Assembly (NCBI RefSeq): GCF_006345805.1
Contig: NW_021823740.1
Span: forward strand, 1-20,958
Direction of reading: 5' to 3'
From: Octopus sinensis
Taxonomy: Eukaryota
Length of the DNA stretch: 20,958 nt
Part shown: piece by piece, positions 9,966-19,601 of the stretch
Layout: every line of letters begins with the position of its first letter
Numbering within the stretch: position 1 is the stretch's first letter
The notes under the pieces: model-generated
The model's database searches: none
The model's input: the letters and a program-made list of their open reading frames with translations, nothing else
What the model was told of the DNA's origin: nothing
Made by a program: the position numbers and the translations under genes

Positions 9966-10004
9966 CTGTCTGACGAACAGCAACGTGAAAACTCTGAGTA
10001 ACAC
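9966..10004 (+). ncRNA. Minimal type I hammerhead-like motif, canonical CUGACGA but damaged helices
   Basis: Reads CTGT-CTGACGA-AC(AGCAAC)GT-GAAA-ACTCTGAGT-A-ACAC. It has an extra A after GAAA and a mismatch in helix I. Confidence 0.55.
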
Positions 10005-10338
10005 CTTTTGCTATATTTCTGCTGCTTTTAAATAAAACATATTACTCTACCTCTGGTATTCGAGTACTCTTTTTTCCACCTTGTTTCACATTTATGTGCT
10101 TACTCCGGTGTGAATATATATAAGTTCAGCAAAAATTTTGATTCAAATGAATATGGTACTTAATTTAGATGCACCAGAATTTTGAATGGTGTTATCCATA
10201 AAAATCCGTGGGGTGATTATAATCTACTACCTCATATGTTCTTAACATTTAAATCCACATCTTTGTCTATATATCTACCTTCTCTGTAATGTTGCCATTT
10301 GATTTGAAAATGTTTGTATTAATGGAAAACCTCTATAG

Positions 10339-10424
10339 TTGGCTGATGAGTACTCAGCATCTTAAATCTGTTGTAATACTTACAACATTTAATAAAATGA
10401 TGTAGTACGAAACGATCGTACCAA
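10339..10424 (+). ncRNA. Canonical type I hammerhead ribozyme
   Basis: Helix I TTGG (10339-42)/CCAA (10421-24). CTGATGA 10343-49. Helix II GTACT (10350-54)/AGTAC (10404-08), closed by G10.1-C11.1. GAA 10409-11, palindromic ACGATCGT 10412-19, GTA triplet with predicted cleavage after 10420. Confidence 0.85.
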
Positions 10425-10456
10425 ATTACCGGAGTCATTCTTGTTGCTTATTTTGA

Positions 10457-10529
<73 letters not shown>

Positions 10530-10559
10530 ATTTGCAATACAGCAGGTAATTATCTATTG

Positions 10560-11450
10560 ACTTAACTCGTTATTTTTATATAGTTTATAAAACCATCTCC
10601 AGAAAGACATATTCAATTGAACATTTGAAGGAATGATTGCTATCTATGGAATTTCCTTTCCTTATGTCCTGTTTGTATGTTGTGTGTTTAACATGATTCT
10701 CTTCAACGTACATGGACGCATAAATCCTTTTTTTCTATGATGCCATACAAATTACAATTTTTTCCTACATTCTACATGAATGCGATATTTTTCTCGTTTG
10801 TATTTCTTTGTTCTTTGAATCTTAACTTTAGATTGTACGAGGATATTTCTTCCAGTACAAACTTCTCCACAGAGTTTTGGAATTCGCTGTTCCATAGGAC
10901 TTGTATAGCCTGCCCATCTCGGTCTACTCCGTTGCAACAAAGATTTTATGCTTTCAACAGTGTCTGTCTGCAAGACATCACTCACAATTTCTGCAAGACA
11001 CTTTTGATGGAAACAACTCAACTGATTAATATGCTTTGGATATTATCGTCTATACTGTAGAACTAGTCAACAAAACAGACAAAATGTGTATTTTGAAAAT
11101 AGGTGTTTTAGTCTCAGTTTTGATATACCATTGAAGCTATAATAAAGAATGTAATTTTCCAAAACATACCCATAGCTATGGAATTATATTTGCAGTTTTG
11201 TTATCAAAATATGTATTCCGGTTCAACATGCTGCCAAAATATTTGAAGGAAGGTACATTTTTCAAGGTTTTACCGTGTTCCGTTATTTTAGGGCACGGAT
11301 GAAGCTTTCTAGAGTAGGTAAATAACAAAAAAAACAGTTTTACCAAGATATTAATATAAGGCCTATGTTACATGACTATGAAATTTTATCTTGGATTTTG
11401 TAAATCTTTTTCTAAGTATAAAGTCAATAAAGCAATGAAGAAAGTCCAGT
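10560..11450 (-). pseudogene. Decayed RTE-clade (BovB-like) LINE, RT C-terminal part and downstream region
   Basis: Minus-strand translation: EKDLQ; HPCPKITEHGKTLKNVPSFKYFGS; CFGKL; HINQLSCFHQKCLAEIV; SIKSLLQRSRPRWAGY..MEQRIPKL.GE. These match RTE motifs (FKYLGS, AFGRL, FHQRCLR, RWAGH, RIPK..LYGEL). Stops and frameshifts are present. Confidence 0.85.
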
Positions 11451-11479
11451 CGCTGCTCAACTACTCATTTTATCCTTTG

Positions 11480-12680
11480 GAAAAGTAATAAAATTTTTAT
11501 ATGCTTATTAACTCCCCCATAGAAGGTTCCAAGCCCAGTTCAGAAAACAGAAGCGTGGCAAGCATAGGGTTAGCAGTTCTACACTATCAGTTTTCTACAT
11601 TGCTACTGAAACGCCAACGAAAGGCTACATGGGACCGACCCTAATAAACAGAAGTAGTCCTCAGAGACTGCGTATGAAGCAACGTAGTGAGTACGGAAAA
11701 TAAGAAGTTCTGGTTGATTGCTACACTCGGAGAGAACCGCAATCCGTTGCCAAAGATCAATGTAAATGGAGATCTGATGAATAGCACGGGGCCGTCATTT
11801 AATGTTAAATGCAGCCTGCAGAAGTCTTATGTATGTTACATCTAGTTTTCTTTCCAGTGTCTTCGTCAGAATCCGTGTAGTGCAGCTGTATTAGAGCACT
11901 GTTTCTAGTGTTGCCCGAAAGTAAATAATTTAAAACGGTTTAGATATGATTTCCAAATGGTATGTCATTGACAGAACTAACCGTGTTTTAGCAATGAGAA
12001 TTTTAATGTCCTCCTTACGAGCCTAAACATAAATTTACTTTTCTCAACTCGTACCCATTCATTGGTAATAGGTAGCTATCTTCTTGGTTGCAAATCATGT
12101 ATTTCGTTTTGTCCACGTTTGTATGTAGGCCAATCTGTGGACACAGATTAAAAAGTTAAATTCAAATTCGATAAACATTTGTACCAAAAACAAATCAGTA
12201 GTGTCTGATTTAGATTGTTTCATCCTGTGATCTAAACAGTTTGCCACATGAAAATTTTCACAAAATTTTGTATCGCAGTTTCCAACCGAAATTTTCTAAA
12301 TAATACTTTTCATTTGCCCTTAAAACAGATTTTTGTCTCCATTTGACTTATTCATGTAGTACTGATAAAGCCTACTGATGCAGAAACACACGTTCTCAGC
12401 TGTCACTTGCCCCCAGACCAAAAGAAAATGTTTTTTTTTTACTGTCATATTTATTCATGAGAATTCTTGATTCTTTGAGATTATCTCCCCTTCTCATTCG
12501 AAGTCGGTTAAAATGGCTGCTAGGTATTCGTTTGTTTACCTTCACTGGAAGTGAAGACAACTTCAATAAATCAAGACTTTATCTTATGCTATATTTAATT
12601 TACATTTCTTCGTCTTTGCAGCCCAAATTGAAGCTACTGGCAAATTTGAATTATTTCTTTTCTCGGTTGATACACAAGTA
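11480..12680 (-). pseudogene. Second decayed RTE-type LINE of a different lineage
   Basis: Minus-strand translation: GLHTNVDKTKYMICNQ; GYELRKVNLCLGS; EDIKILIAK; YFRATLETVL*YSCTTRILTKTLEKK; and weaker AAILTDFE upstream. Many stops; ends are approximate. Confidence 0.75.
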
Positions 12681-12699
12681 CGAGTGCGCATGTTTTCAC

Positions 12700-12804
12700 T
12701 ATCATACATACATACTTACGTACATACATTCATACACATATATACATACATGCATATACGTATATTTTTATAAATATGTGTGTATATATATATATATATA
12801 TATC

Positions 12805-12836
<32 letters not shown>

Positions 12837-12946
12837 ATTATGTATATATATGTATATACGTATATATATTTATATATGCATGTATATATACATGTAGTAG
12901 TAGGTACGTACATATATGTATGTATGCATATATTTTATTTATTACA

Positions 12947-12981
<35 letters not shown>

Positions 12982-13075
12982 CATATATAAACATACATAT
13001 GCATAGATATACATATAAACATATACATGCATACATATATAAATTATAAATGTCTGCGCGCTTGTGTGTGTGTCT
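12700..13075. repeat. (TA)n/(TACA)n/(TG)n microsatellite cluster
   Basis: Directly visible. Confidence 0.95.
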
Positions 13076-13271
13076 GTGTGTCTGTTTACGTACGTATTTT
13101 AAATTCTGTTTTCTAACGTTCAAACAATGGATAATTTTATTTTCTGTAAATGTCATTATTTATGATAATGCCATGTTATTTTTCTTTTTTCCATTGTGTC
13201 TTAATATCGTTACGTACATTAACTATGTTTTATTCATATACCTACTTATGTTCATCGGGAGGCCCTAGTTC

Positions 13272-13801
13272 GTGTTGCTGTTGTTGTTGTTAATGACGAT
13301 CATCATGGTCATCATGATCGTTATCATCATTATGTTAATGATGCTGTTCATGATGATAATCATGATGATAATCATGACAACGACGACGACGATGACGATG
13401 ATGATGATGATGATGATGGTGATGACGATGATGATGGTGATGATGATGATGATGATGATGGTGATGATGGTGATGGTGGTGATGGTGGTGATGGTGATGG
13501 TGGTGATGGTGATGATGATGATAATGATGATGATGATGATTATGATGATGATGATGATGGTGATGAGGATGATGACGTTGATGATGATGATGATGATGAT
13601 GATGATGACGATGATGATGATGACGATGATGATGATGACGATGATGATGATGATGATGACGATGATGATGATGATGACGATGATGATGATGATGATGACG
13701 ATGATGATGATGATGATGATATGATGATGATGATGACGATGATGATGATGATGACGATGATGATGATGATGATGACGATGATGATGATGACGATGATGAC
13801 G

Positions 13802-13833
<32 letters not shown>

Positions 13834-13890
13834 GATGATGATAACGATGATGATGATGATGATGACGATGATGATAATGACGATGATGAC

Positions 13891-13922
<32 letters not shown>

Positions 13923-13947
13923 CGATGATGATGATGACGATGATGAC

Positions 13948-13997
<50 letters not shown>

Positions 13998-14029
13998 CGA
14001 TGATGATGATGACGATGATGACGATGATG

Positions 14030-14061
<32 letters not shown>

Positions 14062-14088
14062 GATGATGATGACGATGATGATGATGAC

Positions 14089-14133
<45 letters not shown>

Positions 14134-15076
14134 GATGATGATGACGATGATGATGATGACGATGATGATGACGACGATGATGATGATGATGACGATGATG
14201 ATAATGACGATGACGACGACGACGACAGGCTCATCGACGACGATCCGAAAACGTTGACGATGATGATGATGACAATGACGATGTGACGATGAAGACGACG
14301 GGGTGGGAGGAGGGGGAGGAGTAAAGGAGGCGGATGGGAGGAGGAGGATGGGAGGAGGAGGATGGGAGGAGATGGGAGGAGGAGGTGGAGGTGTTGGTAG
14401 TGATGGAGCAGGAGGAGGAGATGGAGGATGGGAAGAAGACCACGACCACGACGCTGATGATGATCATGATGACCATGACGACGATGATGATATCGCTTAC
14501 CACAATCATGATGATGATGATGATGAAGTTGACGCCAACAACGGCGACTAAACTGGCGGCGATGACAACGACGATGATGATGATGACGACGACGACGACG
14601 ACGACGACGCCGACGATGAGGGAGAGGAGCAGGAAAAGGATGAAGATGAAGTGAGCGAGGTTTGTAGATGCTAGCGGAATTTCTAAGTCTTTGATCGACA
14701 ACAATAACTTTTTATTTTTTAATCGTTTTTGTTTTGTTTTTTTTTGTTTTGTCATTTTTTTTGTTGTTGTTGTTCTACGAGCAAGTGTCAATGTCACCAA
14801 TTCCCAGAAGAGCCAAAAAAAAGAAGGAGAATACAGCAAGAAATGAAGTGGAACGTGTTTATTGATGTTATCGCGGCACCCTCCCCTCCTCACACCTTTG
14901 TCAAAATCCTTACTCGGAAACCTATCTTTGAAATAAATAAAAAAATAAAAAACATGGTTTTTGTTGCCCTTCATGTTCCTCGTTTTGCTCATCATGTTTT
15001 GCATTGCTTTCTTTTCTTTCTTTTCTTTCTTCATTTTTTCTTTTTTTTTTTTTTTGCTGTTTTGTTGTTCAGAATG

Positions 15077-15140
<64 letters not shown>

Positions 15141-15145
15141 GGTGG

Positions 15146-15190
<45 letters not shown>

Positions 15191-15214
15191 CGATGATGAT
15201 GATGATGACGATGG

Positions 15215-15306
<92 letters not shown>

Positions 15307-15352
15307 GTGATGGTGATGGTGATGATGATGATGATGATGATGAAGATGATGG

Positions 15353-15398
<46 letters not shown>

Positions 15399-15403
15399 GG
15401 TGG

Positions 15404-15456
<53 letters not shown>

Positions 15457-15474
15457 TGGTGGTGGTGGTGGTGG

Positions 15475-15515
<41 letters not shown>

Positions 15516-16025
15516 GTGATGATGGTGATGGTGATGATGATGATGATGATGATGATGGTGATGGTGATGATGATGGGGAGGAGGAGCAGGGGAGAGGAGG
15601 ACCAGGGGAGAGGAGGAGCAGGGGAGAGGAGGAGCAGGAGGAGGTGGCGAAGGAGGAGCAAGAGGAGGTGGGGGAGGAGGAGGAGCAGGAGGAGGAAGAG
15701 GACCACGACGGAGGGGACGATGATGATGATGATCACGACGATGACGACTACTACAGTGATGATAGAGGTGGAGATGGTGGCGGAAGGGGACGTGGTGGCG
15801 GCGGCTGTGGAGGCGGAGGCGGCGGCGAGGTAGGATCGGTGGCGGCAGCGATAGCAACTGTGGTTACAATGCTGTCGACGGCAATGATGAAGAGATTGAT
15901 GGCGATGACGACAATGACGACGACCACCACAACGAGGATGATGATAATGGTGGTGCTGATATTGGGGGGGGGTGCTGGTGGTGCTGGTGGTGCTGGTGGT
16001 GCTGGTGCTGGTGGTGGAGGTAATG
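13272..16025. repeat. ~2.75-kb triplet-repeat array: (GAT/GAC/GGT)n and (GGA/GGC)n blocks around a central AT-rich island (~14655-15075)
   Basis: Directly visible. It is the source of the poly-M/D/S/H/I/P ORFs. Confidence 0.97.
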
Positions 16026-16036
16026 ACAATGAGGAA

Positions 16037-16076
16037 ATTTCGACTAGTGCGCGAACGATTCTTCGCTCGCCGCCTT
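16037..16076 (-). mobile_element. Degenerate 5' head of SINE family B
   Basis: ATTTCG...AACGATTCTTCGCTCGCCGCCTT resembles 20330-20370. Confidence 0.5.
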
Positions 16077-16105
16077 TTTGATCTTAATAATATCGAGGGC
16101 TTATA

Positions 16106-16171
<66 letters not shown>

Positions 16172-16310
16172 CGGAGATGTACTCGCATAGCAAGTAATTT
16201 GATCTGAGATCGTGTGCTGAAACGAAAACAATTGCAGCGTGGAAGGTGTTTATAAGCCATTTAAGAAACACACAAAAGCCGTTCGATTCACTTCAACATT
16301 TAAGTTTAAT

Positions 16311-16358
16311 TTGTCAAAATATTTTCGTCGCTTTAAGACCGCGACCTGTCACTGACAA
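16311..16358 (-). ncRNA. Hammerhead-like fold, non-canonical core GUGACAG
   Basis: Minus strand reads TTGTCA-GTGACAG-GTCGC(GGTCTTAAA)GCGAC-GAA-AATATT-T-TGACAA. Helix I is a perfect 6 bp and helix II a perfect 5 bp. Confidence 0.55.
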
Positions 16359-16380
16359 AAATCCGAGATGCAGCACGGAT

Positions 16381-16428
16381 TTTTCAGTGAACAGGTCGCG
16401 GATTTTAGCGACGAAAATATTTTGACAA
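16381..16428 (+). ncRNA. Hammerhead-like fold with G3-C8 swapped core (GUGAACA plus extra G)
   Basis: Reads TTTTCA-GTGAACA-G-GTCGC(GGATTTTA)GCGAC-GAA (16413-15)-AATATT (16416-21)-T16422-TGACAA. Confidence 0.6.
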
Positions 16429-16516
16429 ATTAAACTTAAATGTTGAAGTGAATCGAACGGCTTTTGTGGGTTTCTAAATGGCTTATAAACACCTTCCACG
16501 CTGCAATTGTTTATAT

Positions 16517-16566
<50 letters not shown>

Positions 16567-16583
16567 TATATATATATATATAT

Positions 16584-16623
<40 letters not shown>

Positions 16624-16861
16624 TATATATTTTACTTCTTAACCTTATAGTCTCCAAACACATGATACATTGGATAATATCGTCTTAAAGAAACAGTATC
16701 TGAATAAAACAAAGCGAGATGGTCACAAATGGAACTTCTTTGATGGTACAACTGAGCTGAGCGTAGTAAATAGCAACATCAAGGAGCCTAGAAAGGACCA
16801 TCTGCACCAGTATTTGTCAACCATCTTTAATCTGTGGACCCCTTTAGTTACTATTTGACAC

Positions 16862-17069
16862 CCTTTGTATTTGTGTCGCGTTTGTCTTCCACCACTGCTC
16901 GACAACTGGGGTTAGTTCGTTTACGTCCCCGTAATTTAGCCGTTCGGCAAAAGAAACAGGTAAATTATGAACCAGACTTAAAAATTACATACTGGGGTCG
17001 ATTTAGTCGACCAAGCCCTTCAAGGTAATGTCCCAGCATGGCCGCAGTCCAAAGACTAACAGAAGTAAA
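16862..17069 (+). mobile_element. Old, diverged relative of the SINE family A 3' half
   Basis: GTTTACGTCCCCGTAATTTAGCCGTTCGGCAAAAG...GGGGTCGATTTAGTCGAC...CCAGCATGGCCGCAGTC. Confidence 0.75.
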
Positions 17070-18278
17070 TCTTTATATATATAAAACTGAGAATGTGTGT
17101 GTGTGTGTGTGTGTTGTGTCTGTCTGTCTGTCTGTCTGTCTGTGTGTTTCCCTAAAACTTGAGAACTACACAACCAATTTCATTCAAATTTTACACATGC
17201 CTTACTTAGGGTCCGGGGAGTGTCATCGGCAAAAAAATATTTTAACTTTTTGCCTAGGGCGAGCCCACAGCAATATCATATCTTCTCCACTACGATTTCC
17301 TAAAACTTGAGAACTACACAACCAATTCCATTCAAATTTTACACATGCCTTACTTAGGGTCCATGTAGTTTCATGGGCAAAAAAAATGTTCAACTTCTTG
17401 CCTAGAGCGAGCCCATAGCAATATCATATCTTCTCCACTATTTCAGTATTATGTGTTAAAAGTGAAACAAAAACATTTCTCTATTTTATGTCAGATACTT
17501 TCACTTTAACAATAAAAATAATAACAATTGAATTATATGTAGTAAGTAATAATTAAAATCAAACTAAAGTATAATATAATCGTAACATAACAAAAGTAAA
17601 AATAGCAATTGGTATATAATCGCATCAATGACTTGAACTTGAATAAGTGGTTTCACATGAATGGGAATAAATTAAAAATAAAATTAGCGTGCAGAAATGG
17701 AATAGTCCAGATGGATAATAAAAATTTAAATTAAAGAAAAGACTTTGTCTATAAAGTATACAATGTAGAGAAAAAAGATTTGAACACATGGAGGAAAGCA
17801 CCTTCGAAAAGTGTCTTGGTGCGACTATGAAAGATATCTAATCAGAGGCGGTAAATTCGCCACAATAGAAGCAAGGTTCGAGTCAACGGAGCGTGCAAGG
17901 GAGTACTCGACTCGAACTTGCAAAGTGGAAATATTTTATCTTTAGCTTTATATCTGGGACGTCGGACGTCCCCAAAAAGAATTTTAAATGCCCCCCCCCC
18001 CTTTCAGAAGTAGAGGTAGGCTGGATTGTAGCCACACTTCTATACAAGAGGGAGGACAATATACAATTGATCGAAATTACAAGAGACGAGCTAACAATTC
18101 CAGTCTGTTATATATTTTGAGTATTGTTATCACTAGCGGTATCAAGATATAACTTTGTATTTTGTATTTTATGTGTAGATGTATACATATAGATGTACAT
18201 GTAATATGTACACATATATATACACATATATACATGCACTAGCACTATGACCCAGCAACGACGGGTCTTTAATGCTAG
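17070..18278 (+). mobile_element. Non-autonomous Helitron-like element, 1209 bp
   Basis: Starts TC at 17070 after A17069 (TCTTTATATATATAAAACTGAGAA, then (TG)n/(TCTG)n). Ends with hairpin GACCC-agcaacgac-GGGTC (18249-67) and CTAG (18275-78), followed by T. This is an A|T insertion without TSD. No Rep/helicase ORF. Confidence 0.85.
17151..17440 (+). repeat. Tandem duplication, 148-bp period, two copies, inside the Helitron
   Basis: CCTAAAACTTGAGAACTACACAACC starts at 17151 and 17299; TCTTCTCCACTA ends at 17292 and 17440. Confidence 0.93.
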
Positions 18279-18318
18279 TGATATATAAATATATGCACTC
18301 GATATTATCAAGATCAAA

Positions 18319-18530
18319 AAGGCTGCGAGCTGACAGAATCATTCGCGCGCTGGACGAAATACTTAGCGGTATTTCGCCCGTCGCTACGTTCTGAGTTCAA
18401 ATTCCGCCGAAGTCAACTTTGCCTTTTATCCTTTTGGGGTCGATAAATTAAGTACCAGTGAAACACTGAGGCTGATGTAATCGACTATCCCCTCCCCGCA
18501 AATTTTAGGCCTTGTGCCTCAGTTAGAAAG
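18319..18530 (+). mobile_element. Full-length SINE family B with ~18-bp TSD
   Basis: Head AGGCTGCGAGCTGACAGAATC, B-box GAGTTCAAATTCC, central GGGGTCGATAAATTAAGTACCAG, tail GGCCTTGTGCCTCAGTTAGAAAG. Direct repeats GATATTATCAAGATCAAA (18301-18) and GATATTATCTAGATGAAA (18531-48). Confidence 0.88.
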
Positions 18531-18731
18531 GATATTATCTAGATGAAAGGAAGGACAAGAACCAACACAATAGGCTCTTCGAAGTTGCTTGAAACACTAT
18601 AAAAGAGCAGCTCTATCTCCCTTACATTATATATTCTACCGTTCTGAAAGAGGGGAAGGACACCCTGCATAATGTGATTTTAAGTGCCTGCGGGTAAAAG
18701 GGGAAAAAAAGTAACTTTCTCTGGACAGGAC

Positions 18732-18802
18732 GCGAAATTTTTTTTCCTCACGATAGTTCCGGACCCCAGTAAAGTACTCATTTGCATGCAGCCAATCAGA
18801 GC
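18732..18802 (+). promoter_or_regulatory. Repeated block with octamer (ATTTGCAT 18780-87) and CCAAT (18792-96); inverted copy at 20050-20118
   Basis: The motifs and the duplication are directly visible. Regulatory function is inference only. Confidence 0.4.
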
Positions 18803-19020
18803 TCACCTTCACCTTGTCAAGTTAACAAATGTTGGCATTCAAAATAGTGAGCTCCGATTACCATGCGACTCTTGTATTGTGCTCTCATTCAGATGCCAAT
18901 ATCATTGATACTGGACGCATGCGCTTTTCGGCGGTAGGTTTGAATTACCATAGCAACCAAAGATAATGGTTTGGACGAATATGAAAGTACAGAAGCTGCT
19001 TGAATGTTTTATAAATACAC

Positions 19021-19433
19021 TCTCTCTTTACTCTTTTACTTGTTTCAGTCAATTGACTGCGGCCATGCTGGAGCACCGCCTTTAGTCGAGCAAATCGACC
19101 CCGGGACTTATTCTTTGTAAGCCCAGTACTTATTCTATCGGTCTCTTTTGCCGAACCGCTAAGTGACGGGAACATAAACTACACCAGCATCGGTTGTCAA
19201 GCAATGCTTGGGGGACAAACACAGACACACACACACACACACATACACGCACATACATATATATATACATATATATGACAGGCTTCTTTCAGTTTCCGTC
19301 TACCAAATCCACCCACAAGGCATTGGTCGGCCCGGGGCTATAGCAGAAGACACTTGCCCAAGATGCCACGCAGTGGGACTGAACCCGGAACCATGTGGTT
19401 GGTTAGCAAGCTACTTACCACACAGCCACTCCT
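19021..19433 (-). mobile_element. SINE family A, full length
   Basis: Collinear with 3103-3578 and 5810-6219. Confidence 0.93.
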
Positions 19434-19464
19434 GACACTGTTGTCAGAATTCTGAAAATAGCAC

Positions 19465-19601
19465 TCCACCGAGGTCGACTTTGCTTTTCATCCTTTCGGG
19501 ATCGATAAATTTAAATACCAGTTGCGTAATGGGCCGATCTAACCGACTGGTCCACCCCAAAAATAAATTTCGGGCTTTGAGCTTTGAGTTAAAGAGAATA
19601 T
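19465..19601 (+). mobile_element. 5'-truncated, diverged SINE family B
   Basis: TCCACCGAGGTCGACTTTGCTTTTCATCCTTTCGGGATCGATAAA...ACCAG...GATCTAACCGACT. Confidence 0.75.

Larger units (their letters stand above)
9882..10109. mobile_element. Palindromic PLE-like terminal element (inverted ~75-bp arms 9882-9956/9959-10036, unpaired tail to ~10109)
   Basis: Arms are about 90% reverse-complementary with essentially no spacer. Each arm carries a hammerhead fold. The left end abuts (TA)n. Confidence 0.8.
16171..16512. mobile_element. Palindromic PLE-like terminal element (arms 16226-16365/16376-16512, 10-bp spacer, extra tail 16171-16225)
   Basis: The 140- and 137-bp arms are near-perfect reverse complements around AGATGCAGCA. 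(TA)n tracts lie on both sides. A hammerhead-like fold sits near the centre of each arm. Confidence 0.85.

Noticed and set aside
11840-11880. CTGACGA...GAAA on the minus strand as a hammerhead
   Set aside because: It lies in the RTE coding relic (LTKTLEKK), and helices I-III do not pair.
12457-12897. 146-aa plus-strand ORF
   Set aside because: It is antisense to the decayed RTE relic and runs into microsatellite.
1588-13156. Many Y/I/C/V/H/T-rich ORFs in the six-frame track
   Set aside because: They are translations of (TA)n, (CA)n and (TACA)n microsatellites, which lack stops in some frames. There is no coding signal.
13272-16081. Poly-Met/Asp/Ser/His/Pro ORFs up to 501 aa as real proteins
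   Set aside because: They overlap in several frames on both strands, are explained by triplet repeats, and have no recognisable domain.
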